64,000 nucleotides of DNA from Veleropilina oligotropha (GCA_048128005.1 JBEUKZ010000009.1:248001-312000); one strand, 5' to 3'. Counted from the stretch's first letter, positions 13,231-28,019 are shown. The notes: generated by a model not told the origin, from the letters alone. Numbers and translations are program-made.

Positions 13231-14968
13231 GTTACCCTCGCCTCCGGAGGAGAAGGCCAGGGTATTGCAATGGGCTTCGTATGTATGTGTGTCTGTCTGT
13301 CTGTCCGAATGCTATCATATCTCAAAAACTATATTGGCCCGATTTTCTCCAAAATTCAACACAAGTTCGGTTTCATCCTTGGCAATGTTCTCCTCGAAGA
13401 TGATACGGAAAGGTACGCGGATACGGATGTTATGGCGCACTTCCGGTTTTTGGATTTTGGGTTGAAGAGTTAGAACGTTTCGCCATACAAAGTTCAAATT
13501 AAGCTTAAAATGTTCTTGACATCATATATGACAACTATATGATGAATTATCTACCATCTACATTAAACAATATGACTGCCAAAGGGGGACAAAAATTATT
13601 TTTCCCACATTGTTTAACCACTAGCGGGCACACATATATGATTTTTAGTCAGGGAATCTTTCTAGGAAGCACATTATACCAGCTGGGAATTTAACGACAC
13701 GTTGTCAGTTTGCATCAAATCATTACATGTTGGACATTAACTTTACATCAACTTTACCAATACAGGATGCGTGCATTCTGCTCATAATAACATTATGGCT
13801 AACATAATATATTGACGTTATATGCATGTTCAGTCAAACAAATTATATTAGCTGACCACATGTTGCAAAAAATATTACCTGCCTTCAATAAACGTTAACA
13901 GCTGCAGCATGAATTGTTAGTCTGGACGATTTGTAAAAAAATTTAACGACAGCCTTCAGAATACTGTACAATTCATTTATTTGACATTAACTTTACATCT
14001 ACATTGTTCGTAAGGTCATATTTTCAATACACCGTTATGTTGCCAGTAAAAGACCCTTTTCAATTCATATTTTATAAAATGTTTTTGTGTAATTGCTTGC
14101 AAATTGATATATTGGCACTATTAAATGGGCAAAACTTGAATGGAAAAATGTATCCGTAGACGGCGCCTGCATAGAAACATTATGCCAAATCGTTGTAAAT
14201 TTATAATGGACATTATGGCTTGTTCTGATTAATAGCATAAAGTAGGTATACATTGCTATTGCTTTTATTTGCACTTCCATTTAAACCAAACTTCTCAACT
14301 TTACACCTAGTGGATGGAATGTCGGATATGCCACATACACATAAGCGGCTAAAAATAACACCATTAGCTGCGTTCGCCCTTTTATTTTTTTACGTTTGCA
14401 TTTAAAATACTTCACAATACAAAGTTCAAATTAAGCTCAAAATATTGACATAATAGGACAACGATATGATGAATTATCTAGCATCTACATTACACAATAT
14501 GGCCCACATTATTAAAACATGCATTTCCATGAGCATAGCTCACGAACTTTTTATTAGATTTACTCCAAATTACAATACAAGATATTTAACCCTTCGCTCG
14601 ATCATCCTTGACATCAGAGGACAATGATATAATGAATTATCTAGCATCTATATTAAAAATGTGGCTGCCAAAGAGGGGCCAACATTGATTTTGCCCACAT
14701 TATTAAACGGTGCGTGTCCATTAGGCTAACTCACGAACCTTTTATCAGATTTACTCCAAATTACAAGACAAGACAGGTTTAACCCTTGGCTCTGTTCTCC
14801 TCGAAGAAGAGCCGGATCCAGATGTTATGACGCAATTTCCGGCTTTCGGATTTTTGTGATTGTAATTCATGTTCAGAAATATTGATCGTAGACATTTCTG
14901 ACTTTCACCATCGTCATCCTTGGCCCCGGGCGAGGGTTTTCAATCTCCTCTGATTGCGCTTTTCTAAT
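13231..14968 (+). mobile_element. HINE-like non-autonomous element
   Basis: 5' hairpin, GGGTATTGCAAT subterminal motif and (GTCT)n; internal repeated GATGAATTATCTAGCATCTA blocks; 3' GGCGAGGGTTTTCAATCTC...TTCTAAT; similar to 19593-19800 and 22470-22764 reversed. Confidence 0.55.
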
Positions 14969-15275
14969 AATTGGAATACGTTATGCTGTATTTTAACTTG
15001 CGAATCATCAATGAGTACATTATAAATGCACACAATATCCAGTTGTAGTTTTCTTTCAAATGGAAATTACCTAACGATGAGGAATCAGCATGTTTAATAA
15101 AATCCGTCGTATCTGGATCGACAAAAACCGTTTGATCGGATAGTGACGTTAAACAGTTGGTCCCGACAACACTGTGTGGTCATTCAAATGTCATATAACA
15201 AACTTCGTACATTTATACGTGATACATATAATAACCCAGAAAAATAGTTTTTGCCTAGCGAAATCAATTAAATAA

Positions 15276-18130
15276 TTATTCAGCATCACTCTCACAATCA
15301 TTCTCTGGAAGTTCACTACCACATTTCCTTTCACTATTTGCACACGTTCGCTCCGCAGTGCAAGAAAGGCTATTCATTGCACACGCGCAGTTTCCTGTGC
15401 ACGGCTCACTGCAACTAAACGAACATACGAGGTAGCTCAACCGTTCAGCTGCAGTAGATCCTTCAAAATACTTGGGGTGTAAAAAATCTGCTTGGCATTA
15501 TCATGCATTTCCGCCAGGTGCAGGTGTATCTGGTTTTGCTTGATCAGCCTTCATCCATATACGACATTGGTAAGCAGTTCGTTTAACATGCTCCAGTAAA
15601 GCAGGCTCTGAGGGAGGCTACTTATGAACCGACACATTCTTTGTTGATGTTAGCTTCTGCCTTAGCTGATTCAGGTTTGTGTGTACTCCTCCATATTCTC
15701 TTGAGGGTCATGCATGAGGCTGAACAGCTGTCTTGCAACCCCAACGGCAACCTGAATATCGCCGTCTATCAGTGATGCAAAGTTTGGTGGCTTACTGATA
15801 ACTTGAAGCGATTTCATAGCTTTCCATGATTTATTTTTCCATATCCGTAAAATGCAGATACGCAATCGCAACCCGTCAAGGCTTTGATTCTGAAAGTTCC
15901 TTACAAATATCATGAACAGGAATCAGTGTGCAACCTGCTGAACTCTGCCTTTCTACCCATAAATGCTTTGTGTTCTTTAGTTGTGGGAAATAATGCACAG
16001 CTAACACAAGCACATCCGTGTCTGATGTTCTGATCTTAATGGAACCAAGTATATTGTCATTTTGAAAGAAGATGTCAGCATACCTGGCATGAACAAAGAT
16101 CCTAGTATACGCCTCTTCGTGTGTAGATGAAAGTTGGATGTCGTATTCGGAACCTAAAGAATTAATACCCGCAGTTCGGGTGCCATCAGAGAATCCTCCT
16201 GCTAGGTAGATCCTCTTCGTAGGATTACTTGACAGTTCAACAGAGAGAGGTGCGTGTTGGATGATGTATCTACAAATGAAGTCCGTTAAACTGCTTTTGT
16301 TAGACGATAAGGCCATGCATTTTGTCCACTGCGGCACAAGTCGTCCGGGAAGTACACCACCTGCAGCAGACAGGCGTCTCATCATTTCATGTATTTTTAC
16401 AGAGTTTGCATCATCTTACTGGTCGAACACTTCGATAACGTTGTCATATCTTGTCACATTGTACAAGATTGGTTTGAGGTGCAAGTTTGTCAAATGTTCC
16501 GTCATTACCAATCACGTGCAGTTCAGCCATTGCATCTCTGATGAACACATTACATGAAACGTCACCTTCTGACTCTGGGGTATCATTTGACGCTTCCGTG
16601 ATAGTCTATATAGTGTGTCCAAGTTCTGACTTGGTGTTCTTTCGTAGTGCGCCGTCGTCATGCCACAATGATGTAGGAACTGACGTGATTGGATACCGAA
16701 GGACTTCTGTGATAGTGAGATCTGGTCGGACTTTTGACAGCTGTAGAGCACGTCACGGAAGACCATCTCAGGATTGATTGTTACCATGGTCTTTGTGCCA
16801 TGATCTGAACAGGTGTTTTCTGCTTTAAGTATGTGAAAGTTTTCAGGTTACAATTTCGTATTGGCTGATACATACTCCGTTACCCATCAGTTGAAAGAGA
16901 CTCGCTGATATATTTTTCCATCATACTTTTACCAGCAGCACCAATAGAAGAAAGAGACTTCTGAATTTCTTTCGTCGCAATCACGCCACTGAAAATGTTA
17001 ACAAGCTGTTCATTGGGATGGTCATTGCATTCGAAAGGATGTGTCATGTTGTCCTGCACATGTTGAGTTATCTGTTGCACGTGCAAGTCATCTTTCTTCA
17101 TTGCTGCTGGACGTATCTGTTCATGGCCCGATATTTCCACTGAGTGGATCCCACTCAGAGAATGAATGACTGTTGAATAGTCACAAGGCGAAGTAAAGCC
17201 GATTCTTTTCTGGTGAGACCAACAATACCATCACTGTTCTTTGCATCGCGGCCGCTTCGACAGTACAGTGGTACGGTTGTTGATTCCGAAAATCACTGAC
17301 TTGATTCCGCTGACGCGAACATTAGTGGGTTCGACCCCCGACTGAGGCATCACACATTTGTTCAAGTTATGAATCACAGTTGTCCGTGACTGGTCGAACA
17401 GGGCGGGTTTACCCGGGCGATCGGGCTTTCCTCCAGCGATAATACGGACATGTCCTGGTTTGAACCAAATGATGGTTGGAAATATACAGGACATTAAGCA
17501 TCGATCCTTTCCTTTCCTTTGCATCGCGAATAGCCGTCGTTTCAACACCCATGTCACTTCAAACACCGTTGAAAGTACCTGCTCTAAGCCGAACTGAGAA
17601 CTGTCCGTCTTCAAAAGCGTTCTTGACAGCCGATGGAAGATCTATCATATCCAGAAGGTAAATCGGTACCCACCTTGAATAATTTGTGTGGTCTGTAACA
17701 AAGAGATATGGAGTGATTTCGAGTACACTCGACAGGTGAAGGTTACAATCACATTCTCGCTCAGCTCGGATATATCGTATTAGAATTTGTACCATGTCCA
17801 AGAACATCAGCCAGAATTTGAAAGTTGGCGATGAATCACAACCCTGCTCCATGAACCGTACCATAAAGGGTAGAAAAATATCTGTGACTTCGTCATTCAA
17901 TTGCTTTACTTCATCCTGTAGCTGACATCTGTATATTTTCTCAAACTGGACTGTGGCGTTCTGTATTTTATTAAACACATTCCTAACAGTAGGGTTGCCT
18001 GTTTCTTGTAGGTCTAGCCACTTGAAGAAATTATCAAGAAAGAGTTGCATGAGAGATTCATATGCATGTACGGGTCCTCTTACTGCTCTATGAAACTGTT
18101 TACCGACTAGATCAATGCAACTGTAGCATC
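15276..18130 (-). pseudogene. Academ-type DNA transposon protein relic (transposase core, XPG-like nuclease, C-terminal Cys cluster)
   Basis: CNLHLSSVLEITPYLFVTDHTNYSRWVPIYLLDM; ETTAIRDAK|NSDGIVGLT across the SINE; HEEAYTRIFVHA, TSDTDVLVL, ALTGCDCVSAFYGYGK; PPSEPALLEHVKRTAYQCRIW; CSFSCSEPCTGNCACAMNSLSCT then TAA at 15276; frameshifted. Confidence 0.75.
17250..17516 (+). mobile_element. tRNA-derived SINE inserted in the Academ relic
   Basis: GGCCGCTTCG head, GGTTCGACCCC B box, (CCTTT)n tail, 11-bp TSD CTTTGCATCGC (17239-17249 / 17517-17527). Confidence 0.9.
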
Positions 18131-18764
18131 CTGACTAAAACATCATAATCTTTCTATTCAATTTATTAAATAATTTGTATATAAGAAACTTGTCAACAAT
18201 TATGTTAATTCTGGTACGTCGTAACCTCTCGTGACTTCGAAGTTTTCACGGCGTATTAATCAGTGCGACTTCATTCCCGTGATTAATTCGCCGCAATAGG
18301 ATCCCACAATCCTCTAGTTTTATACGCATAACAGTAAATCAAACGAAAATATCCATGATTTCTGGCATTAACAGGTGCAAATGCTACCATTTGTAATAGT
18401 ACCTATGAATAATCATTAAAAAACTATATTTATCAACTTAATATGAAGTAGACTTAAATTCTGCACATTTTGATACCAAACATATGTAAATAGGATGGTT
18501 TTGGTGATAGTTATGTAAAATAAACGATTTTGAAAATAGCCGAAATTATGAAAAAAGTCATAGAGCGCACAACACTAGTACCTGGGGGGGGGGGGGGGGC
18601 AAGGGGGATAGGTGGACACCGTCTGCTGTATAAGGCTGGTGTCATTTTTTCATTTATGGATTAATTCTAGGTTGGCCAGCGTTCTGGAAAATCCACAGGG
18701 ACTATTTTATAGAATGATTTATTATTTTACCCCAGCTGTAAAAAATGGCACAATACATATTATA

Positions 18765-19800
18765 AAACAAGGCAATCACAGATCGCAAACCTTCGCCTCG
18801 GTGGCAAGGACTGGTGAAAGATAACAATCTCTGCGAATAATAGATAAAGAACATATTGAGCCTAATTACCTTCGGTTCGAACAAACCATGCAAATGTCTG
18901 CAGTGACGACATGTAGCTGATATCAGTTAGAAGCGTCAATTCGAGCAACAATGTTTAGAAACTTGAGAATTAATGGAAAACAATAAATATGGTGATATGT
19001 CTATGAATAATAGGTAAACATCAATGACTACAGCTGGATAACAAATATCTGTTACCCGCCTTTGCTTCGTTAATTAGTATATTTTGCCGCTTTGTTGTCG
19101 GTAATTTAATGGTAATTTTTGATATTGTTAATATGTACTGAAATATATAATGAAAAGGGACTTTTAAAATGGCATTTCTGTAAATAAAAGTGTCTGTTTG
19201 CTATTCGGAGGCAAGGGCAACTAAATACGATTTGAATCAGTAAATATAGTAACTGAATTCTTGCATCCGAGTACTTATTTGTTGTCAAAGCGCAACTGTT
19301 TGTTTTTAGAACGACGGTCATACAAATAAACACCCCATGCATGTAGACAGACTGATTAAATGGCTTTGCCTGCTTTGTATTTAATATTAACGTTTATTTA
19401 TAACATGAGCAGCGAGGGTAACTAAATAGTCTTGACTCATTGCATGACTGCAGAAGGAAACATTGATCGCGCACAGCTTAAAAAAACACAGAGCGAGCCT
19501 GAGGTCAGCACAATGACCTTTACTTGTCACTTTTGACAGCTATGTATTTTGATACAGATTAGCACAGAAAATAGATTTTTAAGTCTTAAAAATTACGAAA
19601 TTGCGTAATCCGCTCTCCGATTCCGATCATCTTTGAGGAGGACCGAGCGTAGGGTGGGCCCTAATTCGTGTGCAAAAACTGAGTTGATCGGAGCAACGGT
19701 TGTCGAGATATGCTCGTGTGGACAGACAGACACACAGACAGACAAACCGACCCGATTGCAATACCTCCTCCCACCACTACGTGGGCGAAGGTAATAATTA
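18765..19800 (-). mobile_element. HINE-like element, same family as 21958-22764, with unrelated internal sequence
   Basis: Both begin AACAAG.CAATC..AGAT.GCAAACCTTCGCC and end (GACA)n..GCAATACCT.CTCCCACCACTACGTGGGCGAAGGTAATAAT. Confidence 0.65.
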
Positions 19801-19813
19801 CATACACCCCTTA

Positions 19814-22800
19814 TAGTCCAAGGGCTATGTACCGAAGTACTGCACCCCCACCCCCACCCCCCACCCCCCATGATCCTCCGAGAGTGGTATCATTTTGTGC
19901 ATTGGACTCATACGAATGAAAATAAACATGTTCCCATCAATTATTTTGGGCCGCGCGTTATGCATTATGTGCCATTTTCAAAATGGCCGCCATCGAAAAA
20001 TGACAATTACAAGAAAAGCACATTATTTGGTGTTATTCAATATAAAATGTTGCGTATTGGGGATTAATAATGAAGGTACGTGTTTAGAAGTGTTTATAAA
20101 CATGCTTATATCAATTTGTTTGGGCTACGCTAGGCATTATAGGTAATTTTCAAAATGGCCGCCATCGACAAATGGAAGAATTGAAGAAAAGCACCATATT
20201 TTGCTGTTATCATAAATATAATGTTGTGCATTATTGATTTATAATAATAATAAATGTTTAGAAGTATTTATAGACATGATCGCATCAATTTATTTACACG
20301 CTGCGCTATGCATTATGGCCGTCAAGATCGACCAGTGAAGAATACTAGACAATTAAGCATCGAATGTTTTTTTATTCCATATCTAATGTAGCGTATTAGA
20401 TATTTATAATAAATACAAATGCTTAAAAGAGAATGTAGACATATTCGCATCAATTTAATTATAGACTGTTCTGTGAATTATGGGCTATTTTCAAAATGGC
20501 CGCCACAAAAAATGACCAAAATACCAGAAAAGCACCATATTTTGTTGTTATTAGAATTATAATGTTGAGTATTAGAGATTTATAATAAAGAAAAATGTTT
20601 AAGAGCGTTTATAGACATGTTCAATTCAATATATTTGGGATGTGCTATGCATTATGGGTTATTTTAAAAATGGCCGCCAAGATCGGAAAGTGAAGAATAC
20701 AAGAAGAACATCAAATTTATTTTTATTCCATATATATGATGTAGCGTATTGATATTTATAATAAATATAAATGTTTAAAAGGGTATATAGACATATTCGT
20801 GTTAATTTAATTATATAATGTGCTGTGCATTATGAGTCATTTTCAAAATGGCCGCAATAAAAAATGACAAATAACAGATAAGCACCATCGGAGGATCATG
20901 GGGGGAAGCAGCCTATGGATTATTGTTTTGACCGTTTTATCAATATATTCGACATAATGGTCAAGAACTCGGATATCATCTTTGGTATCGATACGAGCAC
21001 GTGCTACTTTAATTCCATCAAAGTCTTGGAAAGAATAAGATAGTGAAGTGGTGAATAGCGTATCATGAGAGGAGATATGACAAAGACATCTCATGTTCTA
21101 TATCTTGATGAACAAAGCAGGAAATTTAATGTCGCCATTCTTTTCAACAGAAATCAAAAGTTCATTAAGAAATACTTCACTGCACTGCCAGCACATTCAA
21201 ATGTATAGGTGAATAAACTACGTCACATGCTCATCACCAATATATGCAGCAACAGAGTGGTGATCGGAACACAGATCAATTACCAGATGGTGAAACAGGG
21301 TTTTGTGATATCCCAAAATGACATATCCCACGGATGAACATTGATTAACACTCTAGAATGTGAAAAATTGAATTGAAAGAGATAGAACAATGTGGATTTC
21401 TGATGAATTTGATAATGGATTTTAGAATTCAGACCTCCAGATGTCTACAGTGGAGACAACATGCCGTGATGATGAACTTAAAAGATTGATATTCATATCA
21501 CTATTGCTATAATCAACAGCAAGATGTATTTTTTTATAATGTGCACCATAATTAATCACAAATTTTCACTGTAAAATAGATATTATACAAAGTATAACAT
21601 TGTACCAAGTACATACGGATTGATGTACTAACTAAACTTATTAGTAATATCAAGCGATTTTCAAGGAAAAGTACGAAACTTATGCTTCAAATTGACGTCC
21701 ATCTTGAAAATCAAGATGGTTGACACTTCACAAACACATATAGAAATGCTACTAAATGCGCTCTTAAACATTTATCTATATTACAAATCCTAATATACAA
21801 CATTACATTTCGAATAACAACAAAATTTGGTGCTTTTCTAATATTCTTTATTTTTCTATTATGGCTGCCATTTTGAAAATGACCCATAATGCATAGCACA
21901 CCCCAAATAAACCCTTCTAAACATTTTTCTTTATTATAAAACTCTAATACCTAACATAACAAGACAATCCGAGATTGCAAACCTTCGCCCGGTAGCAAGG
22001 AATGGTGGAAGCTAGAAATCTTTGCGATTAATAGTTGAAGAACATTTTAAGCCTAATTTGAAGTTTGTATGACGAGGCGTTCTAGCGCTAGAGCCGAAAA
22101 TGCGCAAACCGGAAATTGCGATTTAAACTCAGGAACTTCTTCCCGACTCCGATAATCTGTACTGAGGACCGAACATAGACTGAATACTATCTTGTTTAAA
22201 AAAAGTAAGTAAATCGGTTCAATGGTCGTTGAGTTAGAGCCGAAAAAGCGGAAAAGGGAAATTGCGTCATAAAATCCGGATCCGCTTTCCGACTCCAATT
22301 ATATTTGAGGAGGACCGATCCTAGGGTGGACCCTATCTTGTGTCAAAAGAGTGGATAAATCTGTTTAATGGTCGTTAAAATATAGCTGAAAATCCGGAAA
22401 TAGCGTCATAAAATCCGGATCCGCATTCCGATTTCGATCATCTTTGAAGAGGACTGAGCTTAGGGTGGGTCATACCGTGTGTGTAAAAATGATATAAATC
22501 GGAGCAATGGTTGTTGAGATATGCCCGCGGGCAGACAATCCGCAAACCGGAAATTGCGTTATAACATCCGAATCCGCTTTCCGATTCGGATCATCTTTGG
22601 GGAGGACCGAGTGTATGGTGGATCCTGTCTCGTGTACAAAAGTTAAAGTAAATCGGATCAATGGTTGTTGAGATATGCTCACGGACAGACACACAGACAG
22701 ACGCTCAGACAAACCGACCCGCTTGCAATACCTTCTCCCACCACTACGTGGGCGAAGGTAATAATATAACGAAATAACGAAAAAAGATGGTACTTTTCTG

Positions 22801-23508
22801 GTAATTTCGTCAGTTTTATGGCGGCCATTTTGAAAATTGCCCATAATGCACAGTACAGTCTATAATTAAATTGATGCGAATATGTTTACATACACTTTTA
22901 AACATTTATCTTTATTATAAATATCTAATACACTACATTAGATATGGAATAAATACAAAATTTGATGCTTTTCTTGCATTCTTCACTTTTCGATCTTGAC
23001 GGTCATTTTGAAAATGTCCCATAATGCATAGCGCAGCCTATGAATAAATTGTTGTGATCATCTCTTTAAATATTTCTAAACATTTAGTATTATGATAAAT
23101 CCCTAATACACAACATTATATTTCGAAAAACAACAAAATATGGTGCTTTTTTCCAATTCTACCATTTTTCGATGGCGGCCATTTTGAAAATTGCCCATAA
23201 TGCCTAGCGTAAACCCCAAAAATTGATATAAACATGTTTATAAATACTTCTAAACATGTATCTTTATTATTAATCTCTAATAAGCAACATTTTATATGGA
23301 ACAACAGCAAAATAATGTGCTTTCCTTGTAATCGTAATTTTTCGATGGCGGTCATTTTGAAAATGGCCCATAATGCATAGCGCGACACAAAATAATTGAT
23401 GGGAACATGTCTATTTTCATTCGTATGAGTCTCATGAACAACATGATACCACTCTCGGAGGATCATGGGGAAGGGGGTGCAGAACTTCGGTACCTAACCC
23501 ATGAACTA
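19814..23508. mobile_element. Non-autonomous Academ-like foldback transposon with long TIRs built of ~180-bp subrepeats
   Basis: Termini TAGTCCAAGGGCTATGTACCGAAGTACTGCACCCC ... GGGGTGCAGAACTTCGGTACCTAACCCATGAACTA; 3-bp TSD TTA on both sides; CATTTTCAAAATGGCCGCC subrepeats forward on the left, reversed on the right. Confidence 0.8.
21958..22764 (-). mobile_element. HINE-like element nested in the foldback element
   Basis: Same termini as 18765-19800; internal diverged tandem units (CCGGAAATTGCG...GAGGACCGA). Confidence 0.7.
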
Positions 23509-23729
23509 TTAATTTACTATATTGAATAACACTATCATATTGATAGAACTGCGTATTTTTGTCCACTCCCATTGAACAAAATGTGAACGCATGGTATTAG
23601 TTACAATGTCATGTTTGTTGCTTGGCAGGTCAATATAACGAATCCTTTGATCTGAAAGTCATTATATCGAATCCGGTGACCTGTTCAGCTTTCATTAGAT
23701 TAATAGTAATTCTTTGATTTGTGACTGTC

Positions 23730-23952
23730 CTCGATATCTCAATTGGTTAGAGCATCGAAAAACATTAAGTGGGATGGTAGGAAGTGGGTTCAAACCGCTC
23801 CGGCCTGGCTTATTCTAAGGCTTTAAATTAATAGATCGCATATCCCTAATGTATGACGGTCAGATCGGAGTGAGACCTTAAACCGGGTGTCCCGACTGTG
23901 TTAAGGCTGAAATATTGCCAAAGGGGTCGTAAAACAAAGTTGTCAACTCAAT
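23730..23952 (+). mobile_element. tRNA-derived SINE, second family
   Basis: TCTCAATTGGTTAGAGC A box, GGTTCAAACC B box, tail GCTGAAATATTG..GGTCGTAAA; related partial copy at ~36150-36320. Confidence 0.55.
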
Positions 23953-24036
23953 TCTTTGATCTGTGCTAAACATACCAGTACTGCCTGATTATTCTTGTGG
24001 ACAGTAAACATGATTGCAGTAGAGAATAGTTAAATT

Positions 24037-24630
24037 CATCATCATCATGTAGGAGAATAGGGCAAGTTTCCAGGCACCGCTGGGTGCGCCGTTGTCCTTC
24101 ATATGGCTCCTCTCCATCTAGCTCTGTCCTGACCATAATAGGATAACTCCCATCTGTCGCATGTCAATGGACACGGCGCGCTGACACGTTTTACTTGGTA
24201 CGCCGGAAGGAGCTCGCTCATCCACGACGATACTGGTGCAGCCCTGCACCCAGTCTGCGTCGTTCTTCCGCTCCACATATCCGTACTATATGTGTCTGCT
24301 CCTCCTCGCTACGTCACCCCCATCAGTCTCCTCAACCCCTCACTCGTCAGTCTGTCCCACAGAGACACGAAACTCCTCAGCATCCTCCACCAGTGGATGT
24401 CTCTCTTGCACAGGAACGTCATATTTGCTACTTGCATCACACTACATCTCTACATCTCTTGTGGGCCCACTTTCCGTATGTCGTACACATTAGCGCTTTG
24501 ACGACTACTCCCTTGCACGCATTCCACATGGCCATGCACCGGACCCCAATACCACCCCGCTGGCATAACTGCGGCGTGTTATCGGAGTCTGGTGCATGGC
24601 CATGTGAAGCAATAAAGTTACATAGCAATA
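24037..24630 (-). pseudogene. RTE-clade LINE 3' relic
   Basis: CKGV..ALMCTTYGKWAHKRC Cys motif, RMLRSF.SLWDRLTSEGLRR, VERKNDADWV, QDRARWRGAI; short (TGA)n tail. Confidence 0.65.
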
Positions 24631-24677
24631 AGTTATCGACACTTTAATTGGCTTAGACATCAGGCGTGAAGCCCCAG

Positions 24678-26130
24678 TCAGCGACCAGGCTACGGCCTAT
24701 TTGCGACCGAAAAATGTTGGAATGGCTGGCATATCTTAGATAGAGCGATACTGATCGCAGAGATCGTGGGTGATCGCCAGAACAAAATCAGTCGCGGCAA
24801 GGCCGATGATCATGTTCAAAATTACTGATCTGTGATTTCCAATCGCAGGTGGTCGCAATTACATGGTCGTACGACCACTGTCGACCAGTCTCGAATGGTC
24901 GCACCAACAGTCGTCTATGATGAAGCAGTTTCACGATTGATCGTGCAAATGTACGTGTCACTGACGATTGATGGTGTCACTTAGCCTCACGACCGGCAGT
25001 GCAACCAGACACGAACTGTCCAGACTGGTTGCACGACCTTCCGATTAGTGATACCGTCAGTCTTTAGCTTCTCTATAGCAACATATTTGGAATGGCTTCT
25101 GGGTTCATGTCACTCTCCACTGCAAATCCCTAAGAGCGAACATCCCTATTGCGGATGTACTAGTGCCTCCTCGAACTTGTGTTGGGCAGCTTTAGATGGG
25201 GCAACATCAACATATGGGTACTGTGGCCACAGTCGTACTTCTCCGATGAAGAAACCACCCCAAAGAAAGAAGGCGCCAATACTGGGTCCCTGGATCGAGA
25301 GGCGATCCTTATACGGCAACTACATCAAACTGATGAGTAACGTGGAAAGATAGTCACAGGGCCATTTCACCAACGACAGGCGCATGGAACCGCACATCTT
25401 CTCCAAGTAACGCACAGCCCCACAAAGCGGGACACCAACTACTGACGTGCTCTCGAACCAGTGCTCATGCTGGCCATCACCTTACGGTATATAGACACAC
25501 ATTGAACAGCTACCATAGCTTACTCCTTCCGCATGTCCCACATTGGTTGATATATGAAATGGGGTTTTAAAGGTATTTATCTCTAATGTTGATCTCCTTG
25601 CCCAGGAGGCGGTCTTTTTCTCTGTCGGTTTTCTAAATTGGCGTCGCTCATGCCGCAAAACAGGGTGATCGACGAACCATTCATAGCTCTACTGTTAGCT
25701 CAAGCTCCGTAACTTTTTTCTCTTGGTCGCCGGTTCATCCCGTGCTGATTCGTCACCGATTAGCTGGCATGTCCCGGGCAGAATCATCCTGCGTGGCCGG
25801 TACCAGGTGAAGCTTAGTCAAATGCTCTCAGATATCAGATTTTGGCGAGTCATCATCTCACGGCCCTTCCCATTCTTGTGAGGCAGAGTGTATTACGGAG
25901 TTGAGGGTTGCAGATCAGAAGTTCGACGAAGTGCACCACTTGAGCGCTAGGTGACTACTAATGTCGACGCATGATCGCGAGCCTTTATATCTGATTGGGT
26001 ATCTGATCGCAAGACTACCAGCGATTGCACTTGCGATGTAGTTGACGATCGAACAATCACGCACCACCAATCGTATAATGATATACCACCAGTTTCAAGA
26101 GCAATCGCAGAATGTGACTGCATAATAGAG
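24678..26130. mobile_element. PIF/Harbinger transposon relic (transposase N-terminus on +, probable Myb/MADF gene relic on -)
   Basis: GPWIERRSLYGNYIKLM and KRDTNY*RALEPVLMLAITLRYI..SYHSL..SFR at 25280-25545; EWFVDHP motif on minus near 25680; CGAT/CGAC-rich subterminal repeats on both sides. Confidence 0.6.
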
Positions 26131-27077
26131 ATTGTAGCAAACATTTCCGACTGATGGTATCTCGGCCATATCACCATAAGTCGCCATTATTGGCTACAGT
26201 TCCAGTTTATTGCCAATTTTTCATTTGAATCTGGAGTAGCATAATTTTTTTATTGCGATGTGTTGTTATTTGGTGAACATGCTGTGGAAATTCAACATCG
26301 GTTAATCATTCCAGAAACTTCTGTATTCGAATACTTGCCAATGTGTAATCTTTACCACTTTCACGAGCTTTGAATGATAACCAATGCCTGATTAGATTTC
26401 ACTAGTTCTTCAGAAGGTTCGGATTGTCCTTCATCAAGGTACTGCGAATATTTTATTGCATCTTCTTCAAAGACATGTAAGAGTGCATGGACAGAAGCAA
26501 ACGTTAGTTCTCTGGTCCAATAGCAGATATTAGTTGATGCACTGATAGGAAGTTGTACGTTCGATATCGTGACCATGATTGTCATAAAACATTATTTCAC
26601 TAACTGTTTATCAGTCTCAAAAGGCGAAAGAGGGTATATGTGTATGATTGTCATAGAGTTTATCATTTTCCGAACGGGCGACACGGATCATGGGGGATAC
26701 GTTATTAGAGGGTGCATTACTGCTTTGTTTCCAATTCCCTGGCCTTTAATTCTCTGACAGAATTTGAAACTTGGTTTGCGATCGTATCTGTCAAAACAAA
26801 AATGATTCTGATGTTTGGTTTGAAACAATGATAAATATATCATTTTTTAGTCTAAAAAATGTACATTAATGCGTAGCGATATGTCTTTTGGAAGTCATTT
26901 TGATTTCTGGCAGCCATGTTGGATTCTTTGTTTTGATAAAAAAAGCTTGCAGAGTTAGTAGTGTAGACTAGCTAAGCCTATTTTATCAACATAAACGCAA
27001 ATAACCGCACATTATTGTTAACAAATATAGTTAAATACCGTATATCAAGTAATATGGTGCATACATACATACATGCA

Positions 27078-27079
<2 letters not shown>

Positions 27080-27153
<74 letters not shown>
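27080..27153. repeat. (TA)n microsatellite
   Basis: Directly visible. Confidence 0.98.
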
Positions 27154-27157
<4 letters not shown>

Positions 27158-28019
27158 GCCACAATGCGTTGTCCACTAGTCTATATATAACCTGTAGCTG
27201 ACAATACAATTAACCTTCCTCATGACAAATCTGCAGGCAGCTAGTTGTAACTAATACCCCCACATGTCTGCCAGGAATCTGCCTGTGACATTTAATTAGT
27301 TTGTGACAAAAAAATATAATATTTCAAAAGACACGAATGTTCACTGTCATTGTGCATATCTAATCTGGCAACAGTGGTTCCGGTCGCCGTGCCAACTGTT
27401 TCAAAACTTTCATGCGTGTCACCAATATATTCATACGGCGTATCCATCACTCATTATGAATCATTGGATATATTGGTGTGGCGCATGAAAGTTTTGAAAC
27501 ACTTGGCACGGCATACGGTCGATACTCGGGTTCGAATTGAGACAGTTCCGTGTAAATGCGCTATGTAGGCCTAGAAACTAGATATTATAAATTCGTTAAT
27601 ATGAGTGCGTATTAATATATATTTCATTAATCTGGTTTCATATCATGAATAAAATTAATACATAATTATGCAAAGTATAATTTAGGTGAATAGGTTGTAT
27701 ACTTCATATGGATATTTTCCACTCAGGTGTTTCTTGGCACTTTAGTATCATGTCAGCAACTATGAATTCACAGCTTGAGTGAAGTGATTGAAATTATGAG
27801 CTGTGCGTAGCCTACTAATGCAACTCAAGTTGGAACATCGCCTTTGGTATCAATTAATTAAAGATATGAACATGGATAAACTATAGACCAGAATATATAT
27901 ATTTCATGAAGTCATGTTCTTGTATTGATATCATTATTGAATATATAAATTTAGAATATATTTGTTTCCGGAAAATAAAATTTGGGGGCAAAGAAAATGG
28001 TCAATATATAGCCCAGAGT

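Noticed and set aside
26170..26585. Coding-like minus-strand stretch, possible transposase relic
   Set aside because: Stops in the frames read and no motif I can assign with confidence
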